Notes: generated by a model from the sequence alone, not told the origin. Counted from the first letter of the stretch, positions 7,793-14,953 are shown. The stretch is 32,000 nucleotides of DNA from Kineococcus radiotolerans SRS30216 = ATCC BAA-149 (GCF_000017305.1 NC_009664.2:4710001-4742000); one strand, 5' to 3'. Made by a program: numbers and translations.

Positions 7793-8379
7793 GCCAGGTC
7801 CTCCAGTCGGGTAGCCAGGGCGCGCTGGGCGCGGGAGATGTCCGACTTCGCGGTCCCCAGCGGGATCTGCAGGGCCTCGGCGATCTCGGCGACGGGCAGG
7901 TCCATCCAGTAGCGCAGGATCAGGGCGTGGCGCTGGCGCCGCGGCAGGCGTTGCACGGCAGCGAGGAGGTGGTCGACGCGTTCGGCGGCCAGGGCGCTGT
8001 CCTCGGCGGAGGCGTGCACGCGGGTGGCGTCGCCGGGGGTGCGGCGCACGACCCGCAGGTGGCGCAGGCGTGAGGTGGTGAGGTTGGCGGTGGTGCGCCG
8101 CAGGTAGGCGAGAGCGGCGGTCGGCTCGTGCAGGCGGTGATGGTGGCGGTGCAGGCGGACGAAGGCTTCCTGGGCGACGTCTTCGGGGTCGTCGGCGCCG
8201 AGGAGGCGGGCGAGGCGGACGGTGGGGTGGAAGTGCTGCTCGAACAGGGCGCGGTAGCCGGGGTCGTCGCCGGTGTCGTCGCCGCTGCCGCTGGTGTCCC
8301 AGCCCGCTTCGGTGCCCGCGGACGACCTCGCGGGCCTATCGGGGCGGGCTCGCCCGTTGGCGACGTCGTCGGCTCTCAC
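7789..8379 (-). CDS. ECF-type sigma-70 family sigma factor
   Basis: Region 2 (DVAQEAFVRLHRH) and region 4 (LPRRQRHALILRYWMDLPVAEIAEALQIPLGTAKSDISRAQRAL). The six-frame ORF runs to 8568, but that extension reads through repeat R9. GTG 8379 gives a typical 196-aa ECF size. The start is uncertain. Confidence 0.8.
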   Translation of the reverse strand: MRADDVANGRARPDRPARSSAGTEAGWDTSGSGDDTGDDPGYRALFEQHFHPTVRLARLLGADDPEDVAQEAFVRLHRHHHRLHEPTAALAYLRRTTANLTTSRLRHLRVVRRTPGDATRVHASAEDSALAAERVDHLLAAVQRLPRRQRHALILRYWMDLPVAEIAEALQIPLGTAKSDISRAQRALATRLEDLA

Positions 8380-8461
8380 ACTGCTTAGACGCCTCACGGA
8401 CCTGAACGTTGCACACGGGGTGGGCTCAGGGTCGGTGCCGGCGGTACGCAGCACCTGTCTT

Positions 8462-8516
8462 GAGACCGGTGCGGGACCCTTCACAGAACCCAGATCGCGG
8501 GATGACCGTGATGTCG
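8462..8516 (+). repeat. Array repeat R9
   Basis: gagaccggtgcgggaccc...cccagatcgcGGGATGACCgtgatgtcg. Confidence 0.75.
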
Positions 8517-8533
8517 AGTCCCCGCCCTGGGAC

Positions 8534-8842
8534 GTGAATGCAGAAGATGCATGGCACGCTCTGGGCATGAACGGCCCCGCCTACGCCCTGCTCGGGCTCT
8601 TAGGCTGCGTCGGTTTCGGCTACATCGTCACCGTCGTTCATGCCTGGCCTCAGCGCCGAGACCCCCAGCACCGCAAGTGGCGGCTGGTCAGCGTCTTGCT
8701 CGTGATTGCTTGGGTCATCGGACTCGCTTGCATCGTCATTTTCGCGCGCCCCGGAAGTCAGCCCGTCCTCACAGGAGCGGTGACCGCTCTTGGCGTCCTC
8801 ATGGTGACCGGGGGGATGAGCAACGCCCGCAGCGCGGGATGA
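8534..8842 (+). CDS. Small integral membrane protein
   Basis: Three hydrophobic segments (AYALLGLLGCVGFGYIVTVV, WRLVSVLLVIAWVIGLACIVIF, VLTGAVTALGVLMVTGG). Start is GTG 8534 or ATG 8567. The stop, TGA 8840-8842, is the TGA inside the repeat core GGGATGACC. Confidence 0.55.
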   Translation: MNAEDAWHALGMNGPAYALLGLLGCVGFGYIVTVVHAWPQRRDPQHRKWRLVSVLLVIAWVIGLACIVIFARPGSQPVLTGAVTALGVLMVTGGMSNARSAG

Positions 8843-8855
8843 CCGTGAAGTCGCG
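8813..8855 (+). repeat. Array repeat R10 (two cores, 23-bp period)
   Basis: GGGATGAGCaacgcccgcagcgcGGGATGACCgtgaagtcgcg. It overlaps the 3' end of CDS 8534..8842. Confidence 0.8.
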
Positions 8856-8888
8856 CGTAGCGCGGCACGGTGAGCGGGACTGCTGGTT

Positions 8889-9863
8889 TCAGGTGCTGGT
8901 GGGCTCGTGCAGGTTCGGCAGTCCCATGACGCCGGCGGCGTAGGCCGTGAAGGGCTCCTCGTCGGGTCGACGCAGTCCCAGCTGGAAGTCCTCGTCGCTC
9001 AGACCACGGCCTCGCAACGGAACGAACGCCGCCTCCAGGCTCGGGTGCCCGCGCAGGACAGCGACCTCCTCCTCGGAGAAGACCCGCCGGGTGATGCTGA
9101 CCTGGCGCAGTCGAGGGGCTGCGGCCAGCCCGGCGAGGCCTGCGGTCAGGGGCAGGTTGTCCATCTTCACGTGCTGCAGGGACACCGCGGTGGAGAAGTC
9201 CGGCAGCTCGGCGCGGCGCAGGCTTTCCAGGTACAGCACCTCCAGGGTGGGTGAGGCCGCTACCGGTGTCAGGTCGCTCAGTCCCCGTACTTGCCATGCC
9301 TCGAAGAAGCGCAGGGCCGTCAGGTCGGCGAGGCCATCCAGGCTGGTGATGCTGCCGACCTTCAAGGCCAGGCCCGTGAGCTTGGGCAGGGACGCCAGAT
9401 CCTCGAGGGAGGGCATCTTGGTGCCGTACAGGATCAGGTGCTCCAGCTGCCTCAGGTGGGCGAGGGCTTCGGGCACGTCGCGGACGGCGGGTCGTCCGGA
9501 CCTACTGAGGTACAGCTGGCGCAGCGCGTGCAGCTGGGCCAGCGGCTGCACGGTGACCGGGTGCCAGCCCAGCATCAGTTCGAGGGTCTGCAGGGTCTTC
9601 GCGTGATAGGCGATGGCGTCAACTGTCTTGACGGCGCTGTAGAGGACACGAAGGTCATGCAGCGGGGGCAGGTCGGTGAGGAAGGTGAGATCGGTGTCCT
9701 CGACCTCGAAGACGACCAGCTGAGCCCGGTCTGCTCCAGCGAGCCGGGAAGCTGCTGACCGCACGGTTGCTGGGGTCACAGTGCCGGTGAGCCGAATCCA
9801 CGTGTCTGTCTCTTCCTCCACGGGGAGGAGTCTGTCCGACGTCGTCCTGTCGCGGGGGGACAT
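8889..9863 (-). CDS. Leucine-rich repeat (LRR) domain protein
   Basis: 324 aa from ATG 9863. About 8-10 iterations of an LxxLxxLxL-type repeat of about 22 aa (LRQLYLSRS, LRQLEHLILYGT, LPKLTGLALKVG, LTALRFFEAWQV, LEVLYLESL, LQHVKMDNL). Confidence 0.75.
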   Translation of the reverse strand: MSPRDRTTSDRLLPVEEETDTWIRLTGTVTPATVRSAASRLAGADRAQLVVFEVEDTDLTFLTDLPPLHDLRVLYSAVKTVDAIAYHAKTLQTLELMLGWHPVTVQPLAQLHALRQLYLSRSGRPAVRDVPEALAHLRQLEHLILYGTKMPSLEDLASLPKLTGLALKVGSITSLDGLADLTALRFFEAWQVRGLSDLTPVAASPTLEVLYLESLRRAELPDFSTAVSLQHVKMDNLPLTAGLAGLAAAPRLRQVSITRRVFSEEEVAVLRGHPSLEAAFVPLRGRGLSDEDFQLGLRRPDEEPFTAYAAGVMGLPNLHEPTST

Positions 9864-9915
9864 AGGGCAGCGGGGCCAGGGCCGGCCCTAGCACCGCCTG
9901 TCCGCTCGCGCGGCC

Positions 9916-9975
9916 TTCGACGAGACCGTGAGGTCCGCGGCCGCCAGCGCGCATACCGCGGGATGACCGGATGGC
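9916..9975 (+). repeat. Array repeat R11 (long form, GGATG right-end variant)
   Basis: ttcgacgagaccgtgaggtccgcggccgccagcgcgcataccgcGGGATGACCggatggc. Confidence 0.8.
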
Positions 9976-10052
9976 ACACAGGTGGGTAGGTCAGGACTTG
10001 AGGCTCAAGCTCGTGAGGGTACGTGCCGATAGGGGCATCACCCGGTCAGCGC

Positions 10053-10058
10053 AAGGAG
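10053..10058 (+). promoter_or_regulatory. Shine-Dalgarno AAGGAG for the 10065 start
   Basis: AAGGAG lies 6 nt upstream of GTG 10065. Confidence 0.6.
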
Positions 10059-10064
10059 ATCAGC

Positions 10065-10379
10065 GTGAAGCACCCCCGCCGCGCAGCGGCCATCGTCACC
10101 AGCGTGGCCGGCGTCGTGGCGGTGTCGGCCTGCGTCGTCGTCGGTCAGGTCGCTGAGACTTCAACGCCGGGCTCGACGGCGGTGCCAGCGCTGGCCCCCG
10201 CGGTGGCTCAGGCGACGGCCAGCCCTTCGGCTGAGTTCGTCGTCCCGCTGTACGTACCGGCACCGCCGACCGGTGTCCTGGGCCCCGGGGACGGCAGCGA
10301 CGTGCTCACACCGGGCAACGTGATCCCCCCGAGCCCGACTCCGACCGCGCCACCTCGCGCCGTGATCCGCCCCGCCTGA
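10065..10379 (+). CDS. Small secreted protein / possible lipoprotein, Pro-rich
   Basis: 104 codons from GTG 10065 with a strong SD. N-terminus VKHPRRAAAIVTSVAGVVAVSAC has a signal-peptide shape with a lipobox-like VSAC. Pro/Ala-rich C-terminus. Confidence 0.6.
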   Translation: MKHPRRAAAIVTSVAGVVAVSACVVVGQVAETSTPGSTAVPALAPAVAQATASPSAEFVVPLYVPAPPTGVLGPGDGSDVLTPGNVIPPSPTPTAPPRAVIRPA

Positions 10380-10400
10380 CATCAACCGCTGTCCAAGCTC

Positions 10401-10456
10401 GCGCTGTCTACGGGATGACCGTGCGCCCGCGCACCGCGGGATGACCGTGAAGTCGG
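10401..10456 (+). repeat. Array repeat R12 (two cores, 26-bp period)
   Basis: ctacGGGATGACCgtgcgcccgcgcaccgcGGGATGACCgtgaagtcgg. The linker is the palindrome GTGCGC-CC-GCGCAC. Confidence 0.9.
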
Positions 10457-10491
10457 TGGCGGGGAGCTAGACGTCTAGCCATGCTCGATCC

Positions 10492-11148
10492 GTGGCTCAC
10501 CGAGAAGACCTCGCCGTCCCGCCAAACGCGAAGGGATGGGGTGACCCTCGCCCCTGGTCGGAAGTGGAGCAGGCCACCACGACGGTGCTGGCCTCGATGA
10601 TCGCCCTGGACCCGGCGGGCTGCGGCTTCACCCTGGCCTACGTGCCCTACAGCCGGCTGGGCGAGGACAAGGGAGTCGACCTGTCCTGGGAGGTGAACTT
10701 CGGTCTTCCCCACTCCAGTGAGGACGCCTACGAGCTGGCCGGCCACCCCGCCGCGGTGATCGAGGAGCTCGCCAAGACCCTCTCCACCGCAGGTCAGGTC
10801 ACGGTGCCGAGCGGGGTGCACGACCTCGTTCAGGAGGCCGCCTGGTCCTGGCGTGGGTGGTCGCAGCTGCTGGCAGACGTGGCCCGGTTGTGCTGCCACC
10901 TGCCCGACGACGACGCCGGGGTGGACGTGAGCATCGGGTACACCCCGAGCGGAGAGCGCGGGGTGTGGAGCTGGACGCTGGCGATCCCGGTGCCGGGAAC
11001 GGAGTACCCGGCGAGTGAGTGGGAAGGGAGCAGTCCCACAGAGGTGCTGGGGGCCGCGCTGGAGGAGGCGGACATCTGGCTGCAGGGGCTACCGGCTGGG
11101 CACCTACGTGTCCTCTTGGCCCAGGAGACCAACCGGTCGCTCACCTGA
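10492..11148 (+). CDS. Hypothetical protein
   Basis: 218-aa ORF from GTG 10492, filling the whole interval between repeats R12 and R13. No family recognised. Confidence 0.55.
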   Translation: MAHREDLAVPPNAKGWGDPRPWSEVEQATTTVLASMIALDPAGCGFTLAYVPYSRLGEDKGVDLSWEVNFGLPHSSEDAYELAGHPAAVIEELAKTLSTAGQVTVPSGVHDLVQEAAWSWRGWSQLLADVARLCCHLPDDDAGVDVSIGYTPSGERGVWSWTLAIPVPGTEYPASEWEGSSPTEVLGAALEEADIWLQGLPAGHLRVLLAQETNRSLT

Positions 11149-11170
11149 CTCTCCTCCGTCGGGCATGGGT

Positions 11171-11229
11171 CGCGCGCACCGCGGGATGACCGTGATGTCG
11201 CCCGCAGGGCGTCATGACCGCGACGTCGT
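11171..11229 (+). repeat. Array repeat R13 (core + extra box, 28-bp period)
   Basis: cgcgcgcaccgcGGGATGACCgtgatgtcgcccgcagggcgtcATGACCGCGACGTCGtg. Confidence 0.85.
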
Positions 11230-11278
11230 GGAACCGGCCAAGGGGCAGGCAGCGGGACCCTCTGTGGAGGACGGGGCT

Positions 11279-11713
11279 TCAGTCGAGGCAGAACTCGTTG
11301 CCCTCGACGTCCTGCATGACCAAGCAGGACTCGTTCCACCCATCGGCCAGCAGCAACCGGACCCGCACCGCGCCGAGGGCGATCAGTCGGGCGCACTCGG
11401 CTTCGAGCGCAGTGACCCGCTCGGCACCGACCAGGCCGGTGGCGATCCGCACGTCCAGGTGCAGCCGGTTCTTGACGATCTTGCCTTCGGGGACGCGCTG
11501 GAAGAACAGCCGTGGACCCGACCCCGCCGGGTCCAGGCACGCAGCCGCCGCCCCACGCCGCTCCAGCGGCAACGTGCGCTCGAAGTCCTCCCACGTGGCG
11601 AAGCCACCGGGTGGTGGCGGCAGGACGTAACCCAGCACCTGGCACCAGAAGTCAGCCAGACGCCGCGGGTCAGCGCAGTCGAAGGTGACCTGGACCTGCC
11701 GCACCGTCGTCAT
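11279..11713 (-). CDS. VOC / glyoxalase-like domain protein
   Basis: 144 aa from ATG 11713. QVTFDCADPRRLADFWCQVLGY ... KNRLHLDV ... VMQDVEGNEFCL is the pattern of small actinobacterial glyoxalase-like (VOC) proteins. Confidence 0.8.
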   Translation of the reverse strand: MTTVRQVQVTFDCADPRRLADFWCQVLGYVLPPPPGGFATWEDFERTLPLERRGAAAACLDPAGSGPRLFFQRVPEGKIVKNRLHLDVRIATGLVGAERVTALEAECARLIALGAVRVRLLLADGWNESCLVMQDVEGNEFCLD

Positions 11714-11860
11714 CGACGCAGGCTAGGGCGCGCGGGTGCTCGGTCGCACCGGCTTACCCAGTCCAATGAGCAGTCGGTGAGACCAGCTGCGGTGAGGGGC
11801 CGATCGGGCGCTCGACCTGGTCGCCGCAGGCGGGTGAGTGCTCACACTGGCCACTCGCTC

Positions 11861-11955
11861 ATCGGCAGGACCGCGACGTCGCCAGCCGCCAACGACAGCG
11901 CACACAACGCGAGATGACCGTGCGCCTGCGCACCGCGGGATGAGCGCGATGAGTC
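11861..11955 (+). repeat. Array repeat R14 (long form + extra core; three boxes)
   Basis: atcggcaggaccgcgacgtcgccagccgccaacgacagcgcacacaacgcGAGATGACCgtgcgcctgcgcaccgcGGGATGAGCgcgatgagtc. Confidence 0.85.
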
Positions 11956-12001
11956 AGCCAGAGCCAAGGACCTCGCCCTGCAACGGTGGTTGCCCGTGTC
12001 G

Positions 12002-12607
12002 TCACCGAGCCGGGAATGGCGTGATGTCGCTGCTCCACTGCTGCGCTGCCGTGAGCAGCTGGGCGCGGTCGACCCGAAACGGGATGCTGTACTCGTAGAT
12101 GCGGGGCTTGGGACCCGCCGACCAGTCGGGCTTGCCGGCCACCGCTTCCAGGGACAGGTGCACGCGCAGCATCGTCTGCTCGCCCTCGACCGCGGCCACG
12201 CTGAAGGCCAGGTTGGGCTCAATGAACATCAGCGTGCTCGTCACCATGTCAGAGCCGGGGTCGTCACTCGGCTCAAGGCGTCCTTCGGCCGCGGCGTGCA
12301 GCCAGTCCAGCAGCTCCTGCGCCTCCCACGTGGTCAGGCTCGGGTCGTCGAAGGTCCATATCTCACCGGCGGCGGTGCGGACCGTCCCGTGCACGATGAG
12401 CCAGTTGGCATCCAGTTCGCCAGCAGTGGTGAGGTCTGGGTACTCGTAGCCGTTGGGACGTAGCTCGAACACGGCGCCGTCGGTGGAGGTGAGCTGCACC
12501 TGGTGAGTCTCCCGCGTCCGCGCTGGGGGGACGCTCGGCGCGGTGCTTTGGTCCAGCTGCGATCGTGGTGCTCGAGACCGCTCGGCCTTCGGCAAACGCG
12601 CGAACAT
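12002..12607 (-). CDS. Hypothetical protein with an immunity-protein-like (WapI-like) signature, tentative
   Basis: The core FELRPNGYEYPDLTTAGELDANWLIVHGTV...WTFDDPSLTTWEAQELLDWL...FIEPNLAF matches my recollection of the WapI-family immunity motif (YEFP..D.NWL..W..L..E...L..WL; EPNL.F). Start is ATG 12607 (3 nt from repeat R15) or GTG 12499. The 352-aa six-frame ORF is an artefactual extension through repeats. Confidence 0.55.
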   Translation of the reverse strand: MFARLPKAERSRAPRSQLDQSTAPSVPPARTRETHQVQLTSTDGAVFELRPNGYEYPDLTTAGELDANWLIVHGTVRTAAGEIWTFDDPSLTTWEAQELLDWLHAAAEGRLEPSDDPGSDMVTSTLMFIEPNLAFSVAAVEGEQTMLRVHLSLEAVAGKPDWSAGPKPRIYEYSIPFRVDRAQLLTAAQQWSSDITPFPAR

Positions 12608-12652
12608 CGTGGGATGACCTTGCGCCCGCGCACCGCGGGATGACCGGATGCT
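12608..12652 (+). repeat. Array repeat R15 (two cores, 26-bp period, GGATG variant)
   Basis: cgtGGGATGACCttgcgcccgcgcaccgcGGGATGACCggatgc. Confidence 0.85.
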
Positions 12653-12724
12653 TCCAGCGCCGATGAAGGCTGGGGGCTGGCGCAGTCCATGAGTGGACCG
12701 GTTCGCTCTCGAGAGGAAGTTCCC

Positions 12725-12941
12725 ATGTCCATGCCGTCCGTCCCGGACTCCTCGTCGCTGCCTGCTCGCATCGGCCGCCCGGCGCTGCGGGCGCTGACCG
12801 CCGCCGGAGTCACCTCTCTCCACGACTTGAGCCAGTGGCGAGAGCGACCTGATGCAGCTGCACGGCGTGGGGGCACGGGCCGTGTCCCTGCTGTGTGAAG
12901 CCTTGGAGGATGAAGGACTATCGCTGCGCCAGGACCGCTGA
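12725..12941 (+). pseudogene. Frameshifted small helix-hairpin-helix-type DNA-binding protein gene
   Basis: Frame A (12725-12898) reads ...IGRPALRALTAAGVTSLHDLSQW and then turns to nonsense. The +1 frame from about 12846 reads DLMQLHGVGARAVSLLCEALEDEGLSLRQDR and stops at 12939-12941. Deleting 1 nt near 12838 restores one about 70-aa ORF. Confidence 0.45.
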
Positions 12942-12949
12942 GATGCTTG

Positions 12950-13031
12950 GACGAGACGACTGGGCAGTCGCCTGCGTGTCAGACGTGCGACGTGGTGGAT
13001 CGCCCTGAGCGCGGGATGACCGTGAAGTCGG
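12950..13031 (+). repeat. Array repeat R16 (core clear, left arm degenerate)
   Basis: ...gacgagacgactgggcagtcgcc...ccctgagcgcGGGATGACCgtgaagtcgg. Confidence 0.7.
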
Positions 13032-13206
13032 GGTGTTGTCGCCTCCGGGCGTGCAGTCACGCCGCCCAGTGGGGCAGGGTGAGGTCGTGTCCTTGACCCT
13101 GCCCGCGGGAGAGCCCGCTGCCGGCCCGTGGTGAGCCGCGCCTGAAGAAGAGCTCGTCCGCCTGCTGCTGCATGCGGCCGGGACGCCGACGGGACGGCCC
13201 CGGGTC

Positions 13207-13755
13207 GTGGCCGTGGACGGTCGTGGCGCGTCGGGGAAGTCCACGCTGGCCGAGCGCCTGCGCCGGAGGGTGAGCCGGTCGGTGGTCGTCCACACCGACG
13301 ACGTCGCCTGGTACGAGTCCTTCTTCGGGTGGGGAGGTCTGCTGGCGGAGCACGTCCTGCGCCCCGTGCGCGGCGGGGAGGCGGTGTACTTCCGTCCGCC
13401 GGCGTGGACGAGGGAGGGACGAGAGGGAGCGATCGAGGTCCCTTCCGGCCTGGACCTCGTCATCGTCGAGGGCGTCGGAGCCGCTCAACGGGAGCTGGCC
13501 GATGTCATCGATGCCACGGTGTGGGTGCAGTCCGACTTCGCTCAGGCCGAGGAGCGGGGCATTGCCCGTGACAGCGCGCTGGGCGTCAACGGGGATCCGG
13601 TGGAGACCGTTGCATTCTGGCATGAGTGGATGGCCGAGGAGTTGCGCTTCCTGCAGCAGCAGCGGCCGTGGGAACGGGCCTGTCTGATCGTCGCCGGAAC
13701 CCCGCTCATCCCGTTGGACGATAACCAGGTCGCTGTCGCATCCGGCCCCCTGTGA
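13207..13755 (+). CDS. Small P-loop kinase-like protein (uridine-kinase-like fold, tentative)
   Basis: Walker A GRGASGKST, VVVHTDD and LVIVEGVG blocks. The first canonical start is GTG 13207, right at the P-loop. In-frame codons 13135-13206 (PEEELVRLLLHAAGTPTGRPRV) look like the native N-terminus but lack a start and follow a TGA at 13132, so the 5' end may be damaged. Confidence 0.65.
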   Translation: MAVDGRGASGKSTLAERLRRRVSRSVVVHTDDVAWYESFFGWGGLLAEHVLRPVRGGEAVYFRPPAWTREGREGAIEVPSGLDLVIVEGVGAAQRELADVIDATVWVQSDFAQAEERGIARDSALGVNGDPVETVAFWHEWMAEELRFLQQQRPWERACLIVAGTPLIPLDDNQVAVASGPL

Positions 13756-13766
13756 ACCACGCGGCC

Positions 13767-13833
13767 ATCGACAGGTCAGGACGTTCAGGGCCGGCCATGA
13801 TCGCGCGCTGAGTGCGGGATGACCGGATGTTGG
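13767..13833 (+). repeat. Array repeat R17 (long form, GGATG variant)
   Basis: atcgacaggtcaggacgttcagggccggccatgatcgcgcgctgagtgcGGGATGACCggatgttgg. Confidence 0.75.
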
Positions 13834-13930
13834 TGGGGGCGCGATCGCACCGCCCCTGCCACCCTGCAGGCGGGGACCGATGAGGTTAAACGACATGGGC
13901 AGTCTGCCCGTCACCACCACATCAACCCCC

Positions 13931-13935
13931 AGGAG
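13931..13935 (+). promoter_or_regulatory. Shine-Dalgarno AGGAG for the 13942 start
   Basis: AGGAG lies 6 nt upstream of ATG 13942. Confidence 0.55.
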
Positions 13936-13941
13936 TTCGAC

Positions 13942-14229
13942 ATGATCATCGTCGCTGGTCACCTCGGCGTCGCCCACGAGGAGCGCGAGGCGTACTTGGC
14001 TGGCTGCTGTGACGTGGTGCAGCGGGCTCGGGGTGCTGAGGGCTGCCTGGATTTCACCATCGCAGCGGACCTCGTGGACGCCGGTCGGATCAACGTCTTC
14101 GAGCGTTGGGCGTCGCAGGCAGCCGTGGAGGCCTTCCGTGGCAGCGGTCCGAGCGAGGAGCAGGGCGCGGCGATCCGGTCGGCCTCGGTGGCCGAGTACG
14201 ACGTGTCCAGGGCACGCTTCTTGACGTGA
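13942..14229 (+). CDS. Antibiotic-biosynthesis-monooxygenase (ABM) domain protein
   Basis: 95 aa from ATG 13942 with an SD. MIIVAGHL...REAYL...GCLDF....D..D.GRINVFERWASQAAVEAF is the ABM / quinol monooxygenase-like ferredoxin-fold pattern. Confidence 0.75.
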   Translation: MIIVAGHLGVAHEEREAYLAGCCDVVQRARGAEGCLDFTIAADLVDAGRINVFERWASQAAVEAFRGSGPSEEQGAAIRSASVAEYDVSRARFLT

Positions 14230-14254
14230 CGGCGTGCGCGTGGCCCACGCGGGC

Positions 14255-14323
14255 ATCGGCGAGACCGTGACGTCCCGGGCGGCGGCGAAAGCGCGCACAA
14301 CGCGGGATGTGCGGATGTTTGCC
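14255..14323 (+). repeat. Array repeat R18 (long form, mutated core)
   Basis: atcggcgagaccgtgacgtcccgggcggcggcgaaagcgcgcacaacgcGGGATGTGCggatgtttgcc. Confidence 0.7.
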
Positions 14324-14329
14324 CGGGCC

Positions 14330-14821
14330 TCAGAGGTTGCGGGCGAAGCGGGTGACGAAGGGCTCGAACCCCAGGCGCTGGAAGAAGACGTGCGCCTCTT
14401 CGTTGAACAGCCAGCTGTCCAGGCGTAAGCCGCTCAAGCCGTGGGTCCAAGCGTAGGTCTCCGCTGCGGCGAACATTGCTGAGCCCACGCCTTGCCGGCG
14501 TGCGACGGGGTGGACAGCCATGTGGTGGACGTAGAGGGTGTGCTGCTCGATGGTGAAGGGATTGGCGGCCCGGTGCGCTTCCGCTGCGTACAGGTAGCCC
14601 ACTGCCTGCCCACTCAGGTCGGCGATCCATGCGACAGCGTCCTGGCCGGCCAGCTGGGTGGCGAAGAAGGCCTGAGCGGCGGCGCGGTCGATGGGCGTGA
14701 ACTGCTCGGGTGCGGCCTGGAGGTGCAGGCGCTGCACATGCTCGTTCAAGGCGGCAATAGTCTCCGCGTCGTCCGCGGTGGCGCGGCGCAGATTGACCTC
14801 AGCATCGGTGATCGTCACCAC
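14330..14821 (-). CDS. GNAT-family N-acetyltransferase
   Basis: 163 aa from GTG 14821. LYVHHMAVHPVARRQGVGSAMF carries the R-x-x-G-x-G/A acetyl-CoA motif, and the C-terminus FFQRLGFEP is GNAT-like. The longer six-frame ORF runs into repeat R19. Confidence 0.8.
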   Translation of the reverse strand: MVTITDAEVNLRRATADDAETIAALNEHVQRLHLQAAPEQFTPIDRAAAQAFFATQLAGQDAVAWIADLSGQAVGYLYAAEAHRAANPFTIEQHTLYVHHMAVHPVARRQGVGSAMFAAAETYAWTHGLSGLRLDSWLFNEEAHVFFQRLGFEPFVTRFARNL

Positions 14822-14884
14822 AGGGATCCTGCCCGACGGACCGGCTGAAGATGACGCATTCCCCCGCTGGACTCGAGCTCGCTC

Positions 14885-14953
14885 ATCGCCAGAAGCGTGA
14901 AGTCGCCGGCCGCCGGCGATAGGGCGCACACCGCGGGATGACCGTGAGGTCAG
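14885..14953 (+). repeat. Array repeat R19 (long form)
   Basis: atcgccagaagcgtgaagtcgccggccgccggcgatagggcgcacaccgcGGGATGACCgtgaggtcag. It contains the perfect palindrome TCGCCGG-CCG-CCGGCGA (14903-14919). Confidence 0.9.

Noticed and set aside
12608-13060. The upstream 150 codons of the 352-aa ORF 12002..13060, and similar 5' extensions of 7789..8568, 14330..14929, 15572..16306 and 16575..17297.
   Set aside because: The extensions read straight through array repeats, giving recurring artefactual peptides such as HGHPALRA and SSRVVRAV. Internal starts give proteins with proper signal peptides or domain boundaries.
13057-14298. Long six-frame ORFs such as 13057..14298 (-, 413 aa), 4855..5622 (-), 10830..11645 (-), 11015..11917 (+), 22261..23232 (+), 27044..27889 (-) and 8947..9606 (+).
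   Set aside because: They are antisense or out-of-frame shadows of better-supported genes, as is typical in 70% GC DNA. They are Arg/Pro/Ala-rich and low-complexity, cross repeat copies, and carry no recognisable motifs.
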